Both the position numbers and the translations under genes were made by a program. From the IMG/VR virus record IMGVR_UViG_3300035179_000003, positions 16,023 through 80,022 of that record: a DNA stretch of 64,000 nucleotides; one strand, 5' to 3'. The notes under the pieces were generated by a model. The model was given only the letters and a program-made list of their open reading frames with translations. It did not search any database and was not told the DNA's origin. This DNA comes from a virus. Numbering within the stretch: the stretch's first letter is position 1; every line of letters starts with the position of its first letter. Shown here piece after piece: positions 10,212-21,019 of this stretch.

Positions 10212-13200
10212 ATCATCACCGCGCTTCCGCCAAATTTAACATTATTAATGATATTACTTTTTCCTTTATCATAAGTATTATTTATATAAATAATTAAAAG
10301 ATTTTGGATGTCATCAAAATAAAATTCATATCTTCCGTCATTAAAGATCGAATTAAGCAATCCGCCGATATATTTATCCGTTTTAAATAATATAATCGAT
10401 CGTGTTCCCGAATCAAAATAGGCGGTTACCTGATATATGATCTTATTTGGCTTATCAGATAAATAAGAATAATCTTTTCTGAATTCTTTTAATCTAATTA
10501 CTACCTTCGATTCCCGACAAAATTCATATCTGTGTATTATTTCCAGATCCCTATAAACTTTTGTTCTGGTTTTAAAATTTTGATCAAAGACAGAAAATTT
10601 ATCCTGAAAAATAGTCTCTATGTCATCTGATTTTATAATCATGTTATTTACTAATAATTCATAGGGGCCGATATCGACAATTCCTGATATATAAATCCTT
10701 GGATTACCGATAATATCAAATTGTTCAGTAACATATGAGTTATCGCCGGCATCATATATAGGAGACGATTTTTTACATAGAAAAGACCGCTCCATAAGAT
10801 AAAGAACATCAAACAATCTTTCTGTTAATGTAACATATTTAAATTCAGGATCGATGCTTTCAAGAGAATCAATTGCTGTTTGTACAAAAACAAATGGATA
10901 ATCGCTAAAATTATAAGTCAAATTATTTTTAATAATATCATTATTATTAGGAGACGTCTGAAACTTTAACGTATCATTATAATAAGATATTATTTTGGTA
11001 TTAATACAGGTATTCGGGTCGTCTGATTTAAGAGATAACTGCATGGTATCTACATTTGAGGTATTCCGATATATTAATAATGAATTAATCGTTTCTATTA
11101 CGCCTTCTTCTATTATTGCATCATTATTTATCTGTACGATACAATTGACAAATCTGAGTTTATGAACATCATTAATAAGATAATCCTGCGAAACATCATA
11201 AGTACTGAAAATTTTTAAATTTTTAAATTCAACAATACTTTGATTTGAATCATTATCAATAAGAGGCCCTTGATACGCTAACGTACTTGGACCTCGTTTT
11301 ATTTCCCGTGGAAATGTCGCAATAGTAACGGTTCTGGACTCTCTATCATAAAGTGTAAACGTTCCAGCAAAAGTCTCGCCGCCCTGGGCGTATATGATTA
11401 AATTATCGACTAATTTTAAATTACCATTTTGGGATTCATGTTTCAGGAATTCATTTAATGAATATCGCGGATTCCCACTATAATATTCATTGGTATTAAA
11501 TTGAACCAATGGATTAACGTCGGTTAAAAAATTAGCTTCCGGATTCCCATCATCTCCTATTTTTCTTAAATATAAAATCATTGTTCCTGGAATTGTTCCG
11601 TTAAAAGCATTAACGTTAAAAAATATTTCTCCGACGTTTAAATCTCCGAAACCGGTAATATCAAGCGATTCAAAGGCTCCGATATCCCATTTAAGCAATT
11701 CCCTTAATGATCCGAAAATATCATCAACAAATAGGCGACTTATATCAGCCGCATTATCGACGGCATAAAAGTCTTCATATTCATCAAGATAATAATTCCC
11801 TTCCCATCTATTTAAAAATTTAATTTGTCGATCTTCTGATATAATATTGTTTCTAAAATAAAAATTTCCTTTTCTGTTTGAGTATTCGCATGCCACATTT
11901 CTTAATTCGGAATATTGGAATAAATTATTTCTAACATAGGCTGTTGTCGTATATTTATAATCGCTTTTATAAAAACGAAGGGCCTGTCTGCATCGTGAAA
12001 TGGTATTATTTAAAATAAAAACACTCGACCAGTCCCTTTCATCATAAATATTATTAGAATAATCGTTCATGTTTCCTGTATTGATCCCGTATCCGGAACA
12101 TTCATAAATTAAATTATTAATAATATAATTTTCTTTCGTGAAATCGATTCTTAATCCAATATTTTTAATAATATTATACCAAACGCATACTCCTCCTGAA
12201 TTAAGAATCGTAACGCCATTCATTATTTGCATTCCGGATATTTCCGAGCATTCACATCCGGTTAATATAATTGAATTTATTGCAGCGCCAATGCCAAGCA
12301 TACCATTATGTTTTTGTGATTTATTACATTCCGTTTGTTCATTTTTAGGAGCAAAAATTTGCACAAAATGATCGACGTCGGCATTTACGTTTGTTAATGA
12401 AAGATCGCTATTTAATATATTATCATCAAAATACACAATACCAAATCGTACTTTACCAACTATTAAATCTGAAAAGCGAAGAATAATATCGTTTGATAAA
12501 GAAATGTTTGGTATATAAATTTTACTAACCACTCCATGATTTCTATCGGTTAATGAATACCCATACATGTCGCATACGATCCAATGTCGAAGAGATAGTT
12601 TTCGTGTAAGAATACAACTTAATGGAAATGGATTATTATTATCGACTACTTCGCATCCAACGGCAAGTTTATTATTTACTTGATCTTCTGAAAAAATAAT
12701 TAAGCTATAATGCTCAAATGTTTTAACTTGGTAGGTTACTATACTACTTGATTTTTTTGTTTTAAGATCGGTATTATACGAGCTTATTCCTATATTTACA
12801 AGACATGGAATATATTCTAATGCGCCAATATCCCAAACACGATCTCGTATCCAGTTCGTCGCATCAATTGAAAATTTTTCAATTAATGAAAATCCCGTTC
12901 CACGCATTGATATACTATCATTTTTCGGACGATAATTACGAAGAGGGTATTCTGATTGATAATCAACATATTCAAATGGAACAAAACTCATGCATTTATT
13001 TCTATAACCAGCTGATGAATCACTGGAAAGGCAATATTGAATATTTTCATTATTAAAAAATGAACATCGGGTCGAAATGTTATTAATTAGATCATCAGTT
13101 GGTTTATTATAAAAACCAATAACATCACATTCATCAACAGTATTATTATAAACATAATCTTTTCCGGAACAGATTATTCCATATTGCCCCATTCCATATA

Positions 13201-15004
13201 TGACATTATTAATAAAAGAATTGTTTTCATTGGATCCGACATTAAGATATGTATTGGTATCTGCAATGCCCCATATTTTAATGTATCCTATTCCATGCAT
13301 CGCGGATGATTTGATTTTAAAATTACAATCCGCAGATATATTAATATAATCATCATTGACATAATTCCATTTATTATTATAAAAATAATATAATGAAATT
13401 CTTTTTTCATAATATGATGATTTTAGAAAAATACCATCTGGATATAACAAACCACCTCTTATAATTCTAAATTTATATTCTTGGCCGTATTTATGATTTC
13501 TTAAAACTGTTTTAGTATTAAAAATAAGTGAAGTCAAGTTAAAAGTCATTTCAGCAACAATATTGGCGTCGTCACAGATTGTCATTTTTACATATCCGCT
13601 TGATTGAGAAATTACTGAAAATTCAAAATCAAAATCACCCGAATATTCAACAGCAGCTGGCAATATAGATTCATAAGCTGCGCTAATATTACTTTTTCTA
13701 TAAATGATATCATTGTCGCCATATTTTTTAATTAACCAATTATTAACTATGTCCGGTCCCCATATCACAGGATCGATACCATCTGAGAAATCACTTTTTA
13801 TAGCCGAATCAATATGGCCGTCATTTTTTGATACAATGCCATTTCCAGCATCAAATATAATATTATTTTGAATTTTAACATTATGACAATTATTAAGAGT
13901 TGCACAACTCGAATTATCATCGACAGTCATTATTATGCCATCAATTACGGTATTATCAACAAAAATATTTATACTACCTTCATTGATAAAATTTGCATTT
14001 TCCGGATCAGCACAATGAATTTGTGGTATATTACATTCGTCGGTAAGATTTCTTGGAGTAAAAATTTTTATATAACAATCAATATCAGTATCAAAATTTC
14101 TAATAAAGAAACCAAGTTGACTGCGCACCTCACCTTTATAAACAGTAACATTAAGGCGATATCTAACCGTTCGAAGATTAAATCCAGTAATATCATTAAT
14201 CGGACTTATGCCATTAAATAAATTATAAAGTGAATTATACGCATATTTAATACTAATAACATCAGTTGTCCCAAGATCGGAAACTGATTCTCCGAGATTT
14301 GTTTTGACAAGCCACTTTGAATCATTGATTTTTTTATAAATATAACACGCGCTACCTCTATAATATATTACACAACCAATTCCAATAAAATCATTAGTTT
14401 GTGGAGCTGAAAAGGTAGCAATATCATTATTAATTCTTATTGTTACGTTTGATCCGGTTAATAAATTGCTCTCATCTGTTCCGACTGAAAAATATAAATC
14501 TTTAATTTGTACATCAGGTATTGAATCGGCGCCAACACTTAAAGCATCTATTTTTTCAGAATCTATATCGATATCGACGTCAACCAGATCAAATCCACGA
14601 TTAAGAGTATTATAATAATCTCTTTTAATGTGATAATCAAAAACATTTGATGTTGTATCGCTGGCATAAGTAAAATCTTCAAAGTTCAAGCTATCAATAC
14701 ATCCGGTAGGAACAACAAAGGTTCCTATTCGAAAATAAAAATCCTCTCCAGGAACCGAGTCCGGCGGAATTAAAATATCACTAGGCTCCCCAGCGACATA
14801 TACAACCTTGGTTGGCGTAATAAAAATGGCGTCGGCGCGATCATATGTTTCATCCGCTGCATCAACAGCCATTATCGATTCACCATAATTAATCTCAATA
14901 TTATTAAGACGCCCAATGCCAACTGATGAATTAATATTCATATAACCAGGCACGGGGCTTATTAATAAACCGGAAATTATTCCATCTTGAATATATTCGC
15001 TCAA
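10205..15004 (-). CDS. Large tail-associated protein with right-handed beta-helix repeats (1599 aa)
   Basis: Repeated NNII/NNTI..C..GI motifs; WDIGA and VDIGPYE module ends; modules shared with the next gene. Confidence 0.65.
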   Translation of the reverse strand: MSEYIQDGIISGLLISPVPGYMNINSSVGIGRLNNIEINYGESIMAVDAADETYDRADAIFITPTKVVYVAGEPSDILIPPDSVPGEDFYFRIGTFVVPTGCIDSLNFEDFTYASDTTSNVFDYHIKRDYYNTLNRGFDLVDVDIDIDSEKIDALSVGADSIPDVQIKDLYFSVGTDESNLLTGSNVTIRINNDIATFSAPQTNDFIGIGCVIYYRGSACYIYKKINDSKWLVKTNLGESVSDLGTTDVISIKYAYNSLYNLFNGISPINDITGFNLRTVRYRLNVTVYKGEVRSQLGFFIRNFDTDIDCYIKIFTPRNLTDECNIPQIHCADPENANFINEGSINIFVDNTVIDGIIMTVDDNSSCATLNNCHNVKIQNNIIFDAGNGIVSKNDGHIDSAIKSDFSDGIDPVIWGPDIVNNWLIKKYGDNDIIYRKSNISAAYESILPAAVEYSGDFDFEFSVISQSSGYVKMTICDDANIVAEMTFNLTSLIFNTKTVLRNHKYGQEYKFRIIRGGLLYPDGIFLKSSYYEKRISLYYFYNNKWNYVNDDYINISADCNFKIKSSAMHGIGYIKIWGIADTNTYLNVGSNENNSFINNVIYGMGQYGIICSGKDYVYNNTVDECDVIGFYNKPTDDLINNISTRCSFFNNENIQYCLSSDSSAGYRNKCMSFVPFEYVDYQSEYPLRNYRPKNDSISMRGTGFSLIEKFSIDATNWIRDRVWDIGALEYIPCLVNIGISSYNTDLKTKKSSSIVTYQVKTFEHYSLIIFSEDQVNNKLAVGCEVVDNNNPFPLSCILTRKLSLRHWIVCDMYGYSLTDRNHGVVSKIYIPNISLSNDIILRFSDLIVGKVRFGIVYFDDNILNSDLSLTNVNADVDHFVQIFAPKNEQTECNKSQKHNGMLGIGAAINSIILTGCECSEISGMQIMNGVTILNSGGVCVWYNIIKNIGLRIDFTKENYIINNLIYECSGYGINTGNMNDYSNNIYDERDWSSVFILNNTISRCRQALRFYKSDYKYTTTAYVRNNLFQYSELRNVACEYSNRKGNFYFRNNIISEDRQIKFLNRWEGNYYLDEYEDFYAVDNAADISRLFVDDIFGSLRELLKWDIGAFESLDITGFGDLNVGEIFFNVNAFNGTIPGTMILYLRKIGDDGNPEANFLTDVNPLVQFNTNEYYSGNPRYSLNEFLKHESQNGNLKLVDNLIIYAQGGETFAGTFTLYDRESRTVTIATFPREIKRGPSTLAYQGPLIDNDSNQSIVEFKNLKIFSTYDVSQDYLINDVHKLRFVNCIVQINNDAIIEEGVIETINSLLIYRNTSNVDTMQLSLKSDDPNTCINTKIISYYNDTLKFQTSPNNNDIIKNNLTYNFSDYPFVFVQTAIDSLESIDPEFKYVTLTERLFDVLYLMERSFLCKKSSPIYDAGDNSYVTEQFDIIGNPRIYISGIVDIGPYELLVNNMIIKSDDIETIFQDKFSVFDQNFKTRTKVYRDLEIIHRYEFCRESKVVIRLKEFRKDYSYLSDKPNKIIYQVTAYFDSGTRSIILFKTDKYIGGLLNSIFNDGRYEFYFDDIQNLLIIYINNTYDKGKSNIINNVKFGGSAVMMC

Positions 15005-15016
15005 AATTAAGCCATT

Positions 15017-18000
15017 CTATAAAAATTGTTCAACAACACAATTAATAAATTGACCAACACCATGAAAATTCTCAATAGAAGCCAATGATCCAATACAATT
15101 AATAATTTCATCATTAACATCATGGGAATTATAACTATAATTACCCGTATCCACACAGGTGTTATTATATGATTCACTTTCATCCAAATCAATTCCGGAA
15201 ATGGTCTGGTGATATACTATATTACTGATTGCCGTATTTCCGGATTTTAAATCAATTCCAATATTTCCTCCAGCGATAATATTACATTTAATCAAACAAT
15301 TATCATATGTATTTCCAATAGATATAGCCGGAGACGTATTTGTAATTTTATTTAAAACAAATCCTTCAAGAATAATATACGAATTATCCAACTGAATCGT
15401 ATCCTTATAATTAAAAACAACGCCACCATAATATCCATGATGGCGTTGTCTAACCATACATTCGGTAAAAACATTATAAGGAGTTGCTAATTTTAATTTA
15501 TAAACACTATTAGTAATCCAATTAATTATATAAATAGAATCTTCAAATTCCGAATCATCTTTATAAAACCAAATTATGACATTGGTCTCGTTTAATGCAA
15601 GATTTCTAAAACCAAGAAGCGTTTCAAGATCATTAACTCCGCTACCATTAATACTTGACGTTGAATTAAATACTCTTTTAATTTCAGTAATATCTTGTGG
15701 TGTTGTAACATCAGCAGGTAATTCACCCTCAGCCGTGAGAACAAGCCATATAAAATCAGTTCCCTTTTCGGACAGATAAACCGTAGTAGCATTAAATGTG
15801 ACCTTATCACCAATTCCTATTTTTGAACTCATTGAGGATCCAATAAATGTCGCAATACCATTTTTAATAATAATTTGAAGAGAAGTATTATTTAGATTTG
15901 AATCATCATTACCTAATGAAAAATTTGCCATTTTACCATTTCTTAAAGGATTATAATTAAGAAAACCATTATTCCACCTGTCCAATCTGTCATAACCGGT
16001 TGCGTCATAATTAAAAGAAAAATTTGGATCGGCTTCAAGATTTATTGAATTTGTTTTTAACGATTCATAAAGAGTAATATCTATATCGATTTCGTAAGGA
16101 AAATAATTACTATATCCAATAAATTTATTTAATGTATCATCGTTTCCAATACAGCAATCGGCTGTTATATGCGGGGACTTGGGACTTCTATTAATATATG
16201 CATCAGATATGCATTTATTAACTATATTGTTCTTTAAAGAACAGCGATTATAAAACCTATTAATCGGATGGGAATCAATTACAATTCCTTGGTAACAATT
16301 AAAAATAGTATTATTATATATGTTCAAATAATTGTTTTTATTTCCGGAATTGCCTATAAGAAAATTGTCCGCTTCTGATATTTTTTTATCAAAACCAGTT
16401 GGTTTGACGTCGCTTAAATATGACAATACGCCCCATGGCTCGCCATAAACTTTAGCAGTATCGATAAGTTGACTTAATGTAATTGGATCCCCCTCATTAC
16501 ATATTATTTCAACCCTTTCCGGCAACCATCTGATTTCCGGATATAAAAGACCGCCAAAATAAGGCCAAAAACATACTTCATAATCTGAATTCTTATCAGT
16601 ATGGTCAATAGTTTCTATAATTAAATCTTCGAATCGCGCGGTTGTCGATCTGCCGATGTTTTCTTTAAATTCAATCCCAATTCCATTACAATCATAAACA
16701 AAATTATTAATAACAGAATTACTGTCTTCTCCATTATTAGAATCAAACGTAATGCCATTCTTTTTGCAATCACGGATAATATTATTTTTTATCAAAAACC
16801 CGACCTCTTCTCCATAAATACCGTATTGCCCCCCTCTTATCTGCAGACCATCTATTATAGTGTATGGACACATTATTCGAATTGATTTTTCACCGCCGTC
16901 TTCACCATAATGAATAAATAAATTTTCATCCCATTTTCCATTATGCCTTCTATTAGCAGGGGTTTGAATTGTTACAAATCTTGTTATATCGGTATCAAAA
17001 TCAATATCTATACATTTTGTGGATTTGCCCTCGGAACAGTTGATGATAATTTTGACGTCATCTGCTATCGGATTAATAACAGAAAGATCATCTATAGCTG
17101 AAAATAAATCAGAATGAGAAAAATAAATATGATCTATCGTATACTCGGTAACCCCGTCTCCACTAATAGGATCACCTTCTGAATTAATTGCTTCCCAAAT
17201 ATCATTATCTATTTTTCTTTTTAAATAATATCTGTTTATTCCGATATAAACAACACAACCCGGACACAGGTATTCGCTCAATTGATCTTCTGAAAACGTT
17301 ATTATACCTATTGAGGATATCGTACACGTTGCAGGGCCTTCTAATAAGTCAATGTCTAAAGAACCGATTGAATATATAACTTCTTGTACTTCATGATATG
17401 CGCCAATACAATAAGTATTATCAAATAAATTACCGAAAATATCAATATTATTATATAATGAAACGGCAATTCCGGTTTTAACATAATCGAAAAATCCAAA
17501 TAAAACCCGAAGATTATCAGTAGCCGTATTTAAAAATTCAACAACTACTTCAGATAAATTCCCTTGATCGCTTCCTGCCGTGCCATCACTTGTAATGCAA
17601 TTAAAAACAGGAGAGAGCCCGATTGCATTATCGTTTAAACACGTTGAACCGCCCTTCATCAAATTATTTTTAATTTCAAGTTGTAAGGATTTATATTCGA
17701 TAGACGTATCACAATTATTAAAAGTATTATTATATAAATGACATTGAATGGAAGTGGTTATCATACAATTGATACCAATAGTATTTCCATTGAAATAATT
17801 ATTGGATATATAAGCCTTTTCAATTGTTTCAATTGAAAATAATACCCCGTTATCCCATGCCCCTGTTATTATATTACATGTCGCCGATCCTCCAAGCGCA
17901 ACGTTGATTGCCGACCCGCCCGATCCTGTTTTTTTAAATATTAATCCCTGTATATGAACATTGGAAGTAATAAAAATCGTTCCTCCCATAATATAACCGG

Positions 18001-18745
18001 ACGTCGAATCTCCTTGATGCCTTTGAACTTTATTACAATCGGTTTTTATATTTATTGGAGTATAAATAGTTATCGTATTGTCTTTAGAAAGCGTCCAATC
18101 TGTAGATATTGCTATACTACCTGAATTATCATCCATTTCATAACAACATATTCTCAACGAACTGGATATTGAAATTAAATTTTTAGTACCCAGCTTATTA
18201 CCAACTCCGGAAAGCGCACTTACAATAGAATGAAAACTTTTATCAATTTTTACTACAGTTAAATTAACGCTATAACTATCGGGAATACATCCACTGCCAT
18301 CATGAACTAACCAAATAGAGCAAGTCAATTTATTATTAATAACGACGTCAAAATTTGAATTTCCATCATTTAAAGTAACAACATCGCCAATCCCAAAATA
18401 GGGATGTGTCTGTGGTATATCGAATTTTAAAATACCATTTTTAATCATTGCCTTTGGCATTGTATTATTAATATCTTTTGTAATATACGAATCATCCGAT
18501 TCCGCGGCAACGCCAATTGAAAATGTAATGATGTCATAAACCGGTTTGATTCCATGTGATGATAACCCCGAGCGGCCGGCTATATTTGAATATGAATGAG
18601 TAAATCCGGCGGCTACGTCTTCTATCGTAAACGGACCATACGTATACCACCATCCGTCGGTCATCGCCTCAAGATAACCGCTGACGTTACCGTCGGTAAA
18701 CCAACCCCCGGTCTGAGTTGTTAAATAATTTCCTGGAAGGATCAT
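15017..18745 (-). CDS. Large tail-associated beta-helix repeat protein (1242 aa)
   Basis: Three repeated modules; NNTF/NNII parallel beta-helix signatures. Confidence 0.65.
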   Translation of the reverse strand: MILPGNYLTTQTGGWFTDGNVSGYLEAMTDGWWYTYGPFTIEDVAAGFTHSYSNIAGRSGLSSHGIKPVYDIITFSIGVAAESDDSYITKDINNTMPKAMIKNGILKFDIPQTHPYFGIGDVVTLNDGNSNFDVVINNKLTCSIWLVHDGSGCIPDSYSVNLTVVKIDKSFHSIVSALSGVGNKLGTKNLISISSSLRICCYEMDDNSGSIAISTDWTLSKDNTITIYTPINIKTDCNKVQRHQGDSTSGYIMGGTIFITSNVHIQGLIFKKTGSGGSAINVALGGSATCNIITGAWDNGVLFSIETIEKAYISNNYFNGNTIGINCMITTSIQCHLYNNTFNNCDTSIEYKSLQLEIKNNLMKGGSTCLNDNAIGLSPVFNCITSDGTAGSDQGNLSEVVVEFLNTATDNLRVLFGFFDYVKTGIAVSLYNNIDIFGNLFDNTYCIGAYHEVQEVIYSIGSLDIDLLEGPATCTISSIGIITFSEDQLSEYLCPGCVVYIGINRYYLKRKIDNDIWEAINSEGDPISGDGVTEYTIDHIYFSHSDLFSAIDDLSVINPIADDVKIIINCSEGKSTKCIDIDFDTDITRFVTIQTPANRRHNGKWDENLFIHYGEDGGEKSIRIMCPYTIIDGLQIRGGQYGIYGEEVGFLIKNNIIRDCKKNGITFDSNNGEDSNSVINNFVYDCNGIGIEFKENIGRSTTARFEDLIIETIDHTDKNSDYEVCFWPYFGGLLYPEIRWLPERVEIICNEGDPITLSQLIDTAKVYGEPWGVLSYLSDVKPTGFDKKISEADNFLIGNSGNKNNYLNIYNNTIFNCYQGIVIDSHPINRFYNRCSLKNNIVNKCISDAYINRSPKSPHITADCCIGNDDTLNKFIGYSNYFPYEIDIDITLYESLKTNSINLEADPNFSFNYDATGYDRLDRWNNGFLNYNPLRNGKMANFSLGNDDSNLNNTSLQIIIKNGIATFIGSSMSSKIGIGDKVTFNATTVYLSEKGTDFIWLVLTAEGELPADVTTPQDITEIKRVFNSTSSINGSGVNDLETLLGFRNLALNETNVIIWFYKDDSEFEDSIYIINWITNSVYKLKLATPYNVFTECMVRQRHHGYYGGVVFNYKDTIQLDNSYIILEGFVLNKITNTSPAISIGNTYDNCLIKCNIIAGGNIGIDLKSGNTAISNIVYHQTISGIDLDESESYNNTCVDTGNYSYNSHDVNDEIINCIGSLASIENFHGVGQFINCVVEQFL

Positions 18746-19305
18746 GACTCTTCAACTACCATGTATCTGTGAACGGCGCCCCTATGGGTTACCCTGCTCG
18801 GATGGGTGGCATATACTTCCCCAACGCCGCCCTCAAAAGCCGAAGCAATATATAATGCATGATTAATATCGCCAATATAACCGTCTTCATACCATATAAA
18901 TGAAGCGGTTCCGTCTGATATTACAATTTCATATGGCAATGAAAATAACGTATTTTCAAGATCGTCATGGTAAACGGTAAATTCAAGAATTTTAAAATCA
19001 CGCATACCAGCCGATGCAGGAATATATTCCGATACTTTACCAACAAATTTATGTTTATCAATTAAAATTCCAACATCGGTTAAGTCTACCGTCCAATGAT
19101 CCACTTCGGAATGATACGTCATCACAATATTTGAAACGGAAGAATTCGAATTGGTCATTAAATCCCAGAGATTGATATCAATCTGAACGGTTTCAATAGA
19201 CAATTCCCTTCCAATCTCTTTTTGATCGGAATCCCTTATAACATTATATCCATCAAAGATCATGACCGTATCGTTGAATGGGTTTATGATTTGAGCGTTT
19301 ACCAT
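18742..19305 (-). CDS. Hypothetical structural protein
   Basis: 187-aa ORF, ATGA overlap with the downstream gene. Confidence 0.6.
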   Translation of the reverse strand: MVNAQIINPFNDTVMIFDGYNVIRDSDQKEIGRELSIETVQIDINLWDLMTNSNSSVSNIVMTYHSEVDHWTVDLTDVGILIDKHKFVGKVSEYIPASAGMRDFKILEFTVYHDDLENTLFSLPYEIVISDGTASFIWYEDGYIGDINHALYIASAFEGGVGEVYATHPSRVTHRGAVHRYMVVEES

Positions 19306-19319
19306 ATTAAAATTCCTTA

Positions 19320-20540
19320 TTATTTTATAATATAAGATATAGAAAACGATGGTAATATTAATAATTTAGTAGATGCCAATATTATATTACTTAAATTAAC
19401 CAACCAAATACCCACACCTTCACCATTTGCATATGGCGGAGATATAAGGCATGGTGTTATATTATTATCATTAATAAAATTAAAACTTTTAAAAATTCCC
19501 GGCCATGTTACAATATTATTATCTATCAATATTTCTTCAATATCAATTGGTATCCAAATATTTAATGCAGTAATTGAAAAACCAGTTGAATTTGTAAATG
19601 ATATATTATTGGACGCACCAGAACGATAGACATCTAAAGTTACCATTTTTCCACATTTAATAATATCTACTTTAATATTAACATCTAAAGTATCAAGACT
19701 AGCTACGGCGTCTTTTCCAATCCATTCTTTATAATCTTCAAGAAAATTCTCAAATAAATCACCCGGGCCCTGTGCTCCAATATGTATTCCTTCAAATAAT
19801 GGAGCGTCACCTGTTCCGATATTTTGATCCAAAGATTGTAAATAAGTCCAGTTATCCACCGTAATTTCAGAAGTGTCAATATGCGTTAATTGTCCAGCCT
19901 CATTGGTCGTTAGGGTGCCGAGGGTTATCCATGGTTCTTTAATCATTTCATATTCCGTGAAATGATCAAGAAGAACATATACCCATGTAAATAAATCCCT
20001 TAAAGATTGGGATGCATCATTATCATCATTAGCAAACGCATCTCCAAGATAAGACGTTGTCCCATAAGCCGTATTCCATTTTGTAATACCTAATAAGGCT
20101 GATGGTGATTCTAATTTAACGGTAGGATCAAGTTCCGATGATCCGCCAACAATAAACTTATCAAGCATGTAATTCTTTTTTGTATTAGTATTAAGTTCAA
20201 CCCTTACCGCACCAGCCTTATCTTTAATTTTAAATTCAACGCCAACGCCCGCCCGCTGAGCAAATAGTGAAAAATCAGTACCAGGACCACCGCCGGATGC
20301 TTCATTGCGTAATCCCAGCCAATAAGCGGCATGGACATTATTTGCCTGGACGGATGCAATTCTATGATTCGATCCAATGACAAAGTTTTCACCATCGATG
20401 CTTCCCGTTCCGGTAGACCCTGAATGGGGAACCCTTAAATAATCCGTATATAAACCGTCTATCCAGTTTATAGTTCCGCCAAAAATTTTATCACCGGATA
20501 TTGACTTATCAAGCATATCTCTTCTAACTGTAGTAAGCAT
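19320..20540 (-). CDS. Putative tail fibre-like protein
   Basis: 406 aa, Gly/Thr-rich; C-terminal KCGKMVTL segment resembling fibre C-terminal domains. Confidence 0.5.
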   Translation of the reverse strand: MLTTVRRDMLDKSISGDKIFGGTINWIDGLYTDYLRVPHSGSTGTGSIDGENFVIGSNHRIASVQANNVHAAYWLGLRNEASGGGPGTDFSLFAQRAGVGVEFKIKDKAGAVRVELNTNTKKNYMLDKFIVGGSSELDPTVKLESPSALLGITKWNTAYGTTSYLGDAFANDDNDASQSLRDLFTWVYVLLDHFTEYEMIKEPWITLGTLTTNEAGQLTHIDTSEITVDNWTYLQSLDQNIGTGDAPLFEGIHIGAQGPGDLFENFLEDYKEWIGKDAVASLDTLDVNIKVDIIKCGKMVTLDVYRSGASNNISFTNSTGFSITALNIWIPIDIEEILIDNNIVTWPGIFKSFNFINDNNITPCLISPPYANGEGVGIWLVNLSNIILASTKLLILPSFSISYIIK

Positions 20541-20548
20541 AGGGCCTC

Positions 20549-21019
20549 TTATTTAATTGAAAAAAACAATTTGGTCAATGTTACTATTGAACCTTGCGGC
20601 CAAATTAATCTATTGAATTTGATATCGCTATTTGATCCATAAGTTCCGACACTGCCTTCAACGGCATTTATTAATGCATTATTTATAGCGCCGGTAATTT
20701 TAAAATGGTCTACGGTACCTGTATTTTCAACAGAACTTTTTAATGAATTAGAACTATTATATGAAAAAATATATTTTTCGAGATCAGCACCGGATCCCTG
20801 CGAAACGTTATCATATAATATTCTACACAAAACAGTATTATCCTGGGAATAAAAATAAATAAATTTTGGAACGTTTGATGGGTCCAATAAGGAATCCGCC
20901 ATTTTACCAAGCATTTGCATTTTTAATTCTAAATTGATATTCATATCTTTAAATATAATACTTTGTTTGAGATTGTTCGCTCGGAAAATATTTTCCAAAT
21001 TCGGCGCCCGGTATAGCAC
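20549..21019 (-). CDS. Hypothetical tail protein (start may be downstream, near 20944)
   Basis: GTVDHFKI...EGSVGT..SDI motif seen in phage tail genes. Confidence 0.5.
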   Translation of the reverse strand: MLYRAPNLENIFRANNLKQSIIFKDMNINLELKMQMLGKMADSLLDPSNVPKFIYFYSQDNTVLCRILYDNVSQGSGADLEKYIFSYNSSNSLKSSVENTGTVDHFKITGAINNALINAVEGSVGTYGSNSDIKFNRLIWPQGSIVTLTKLFFSIK

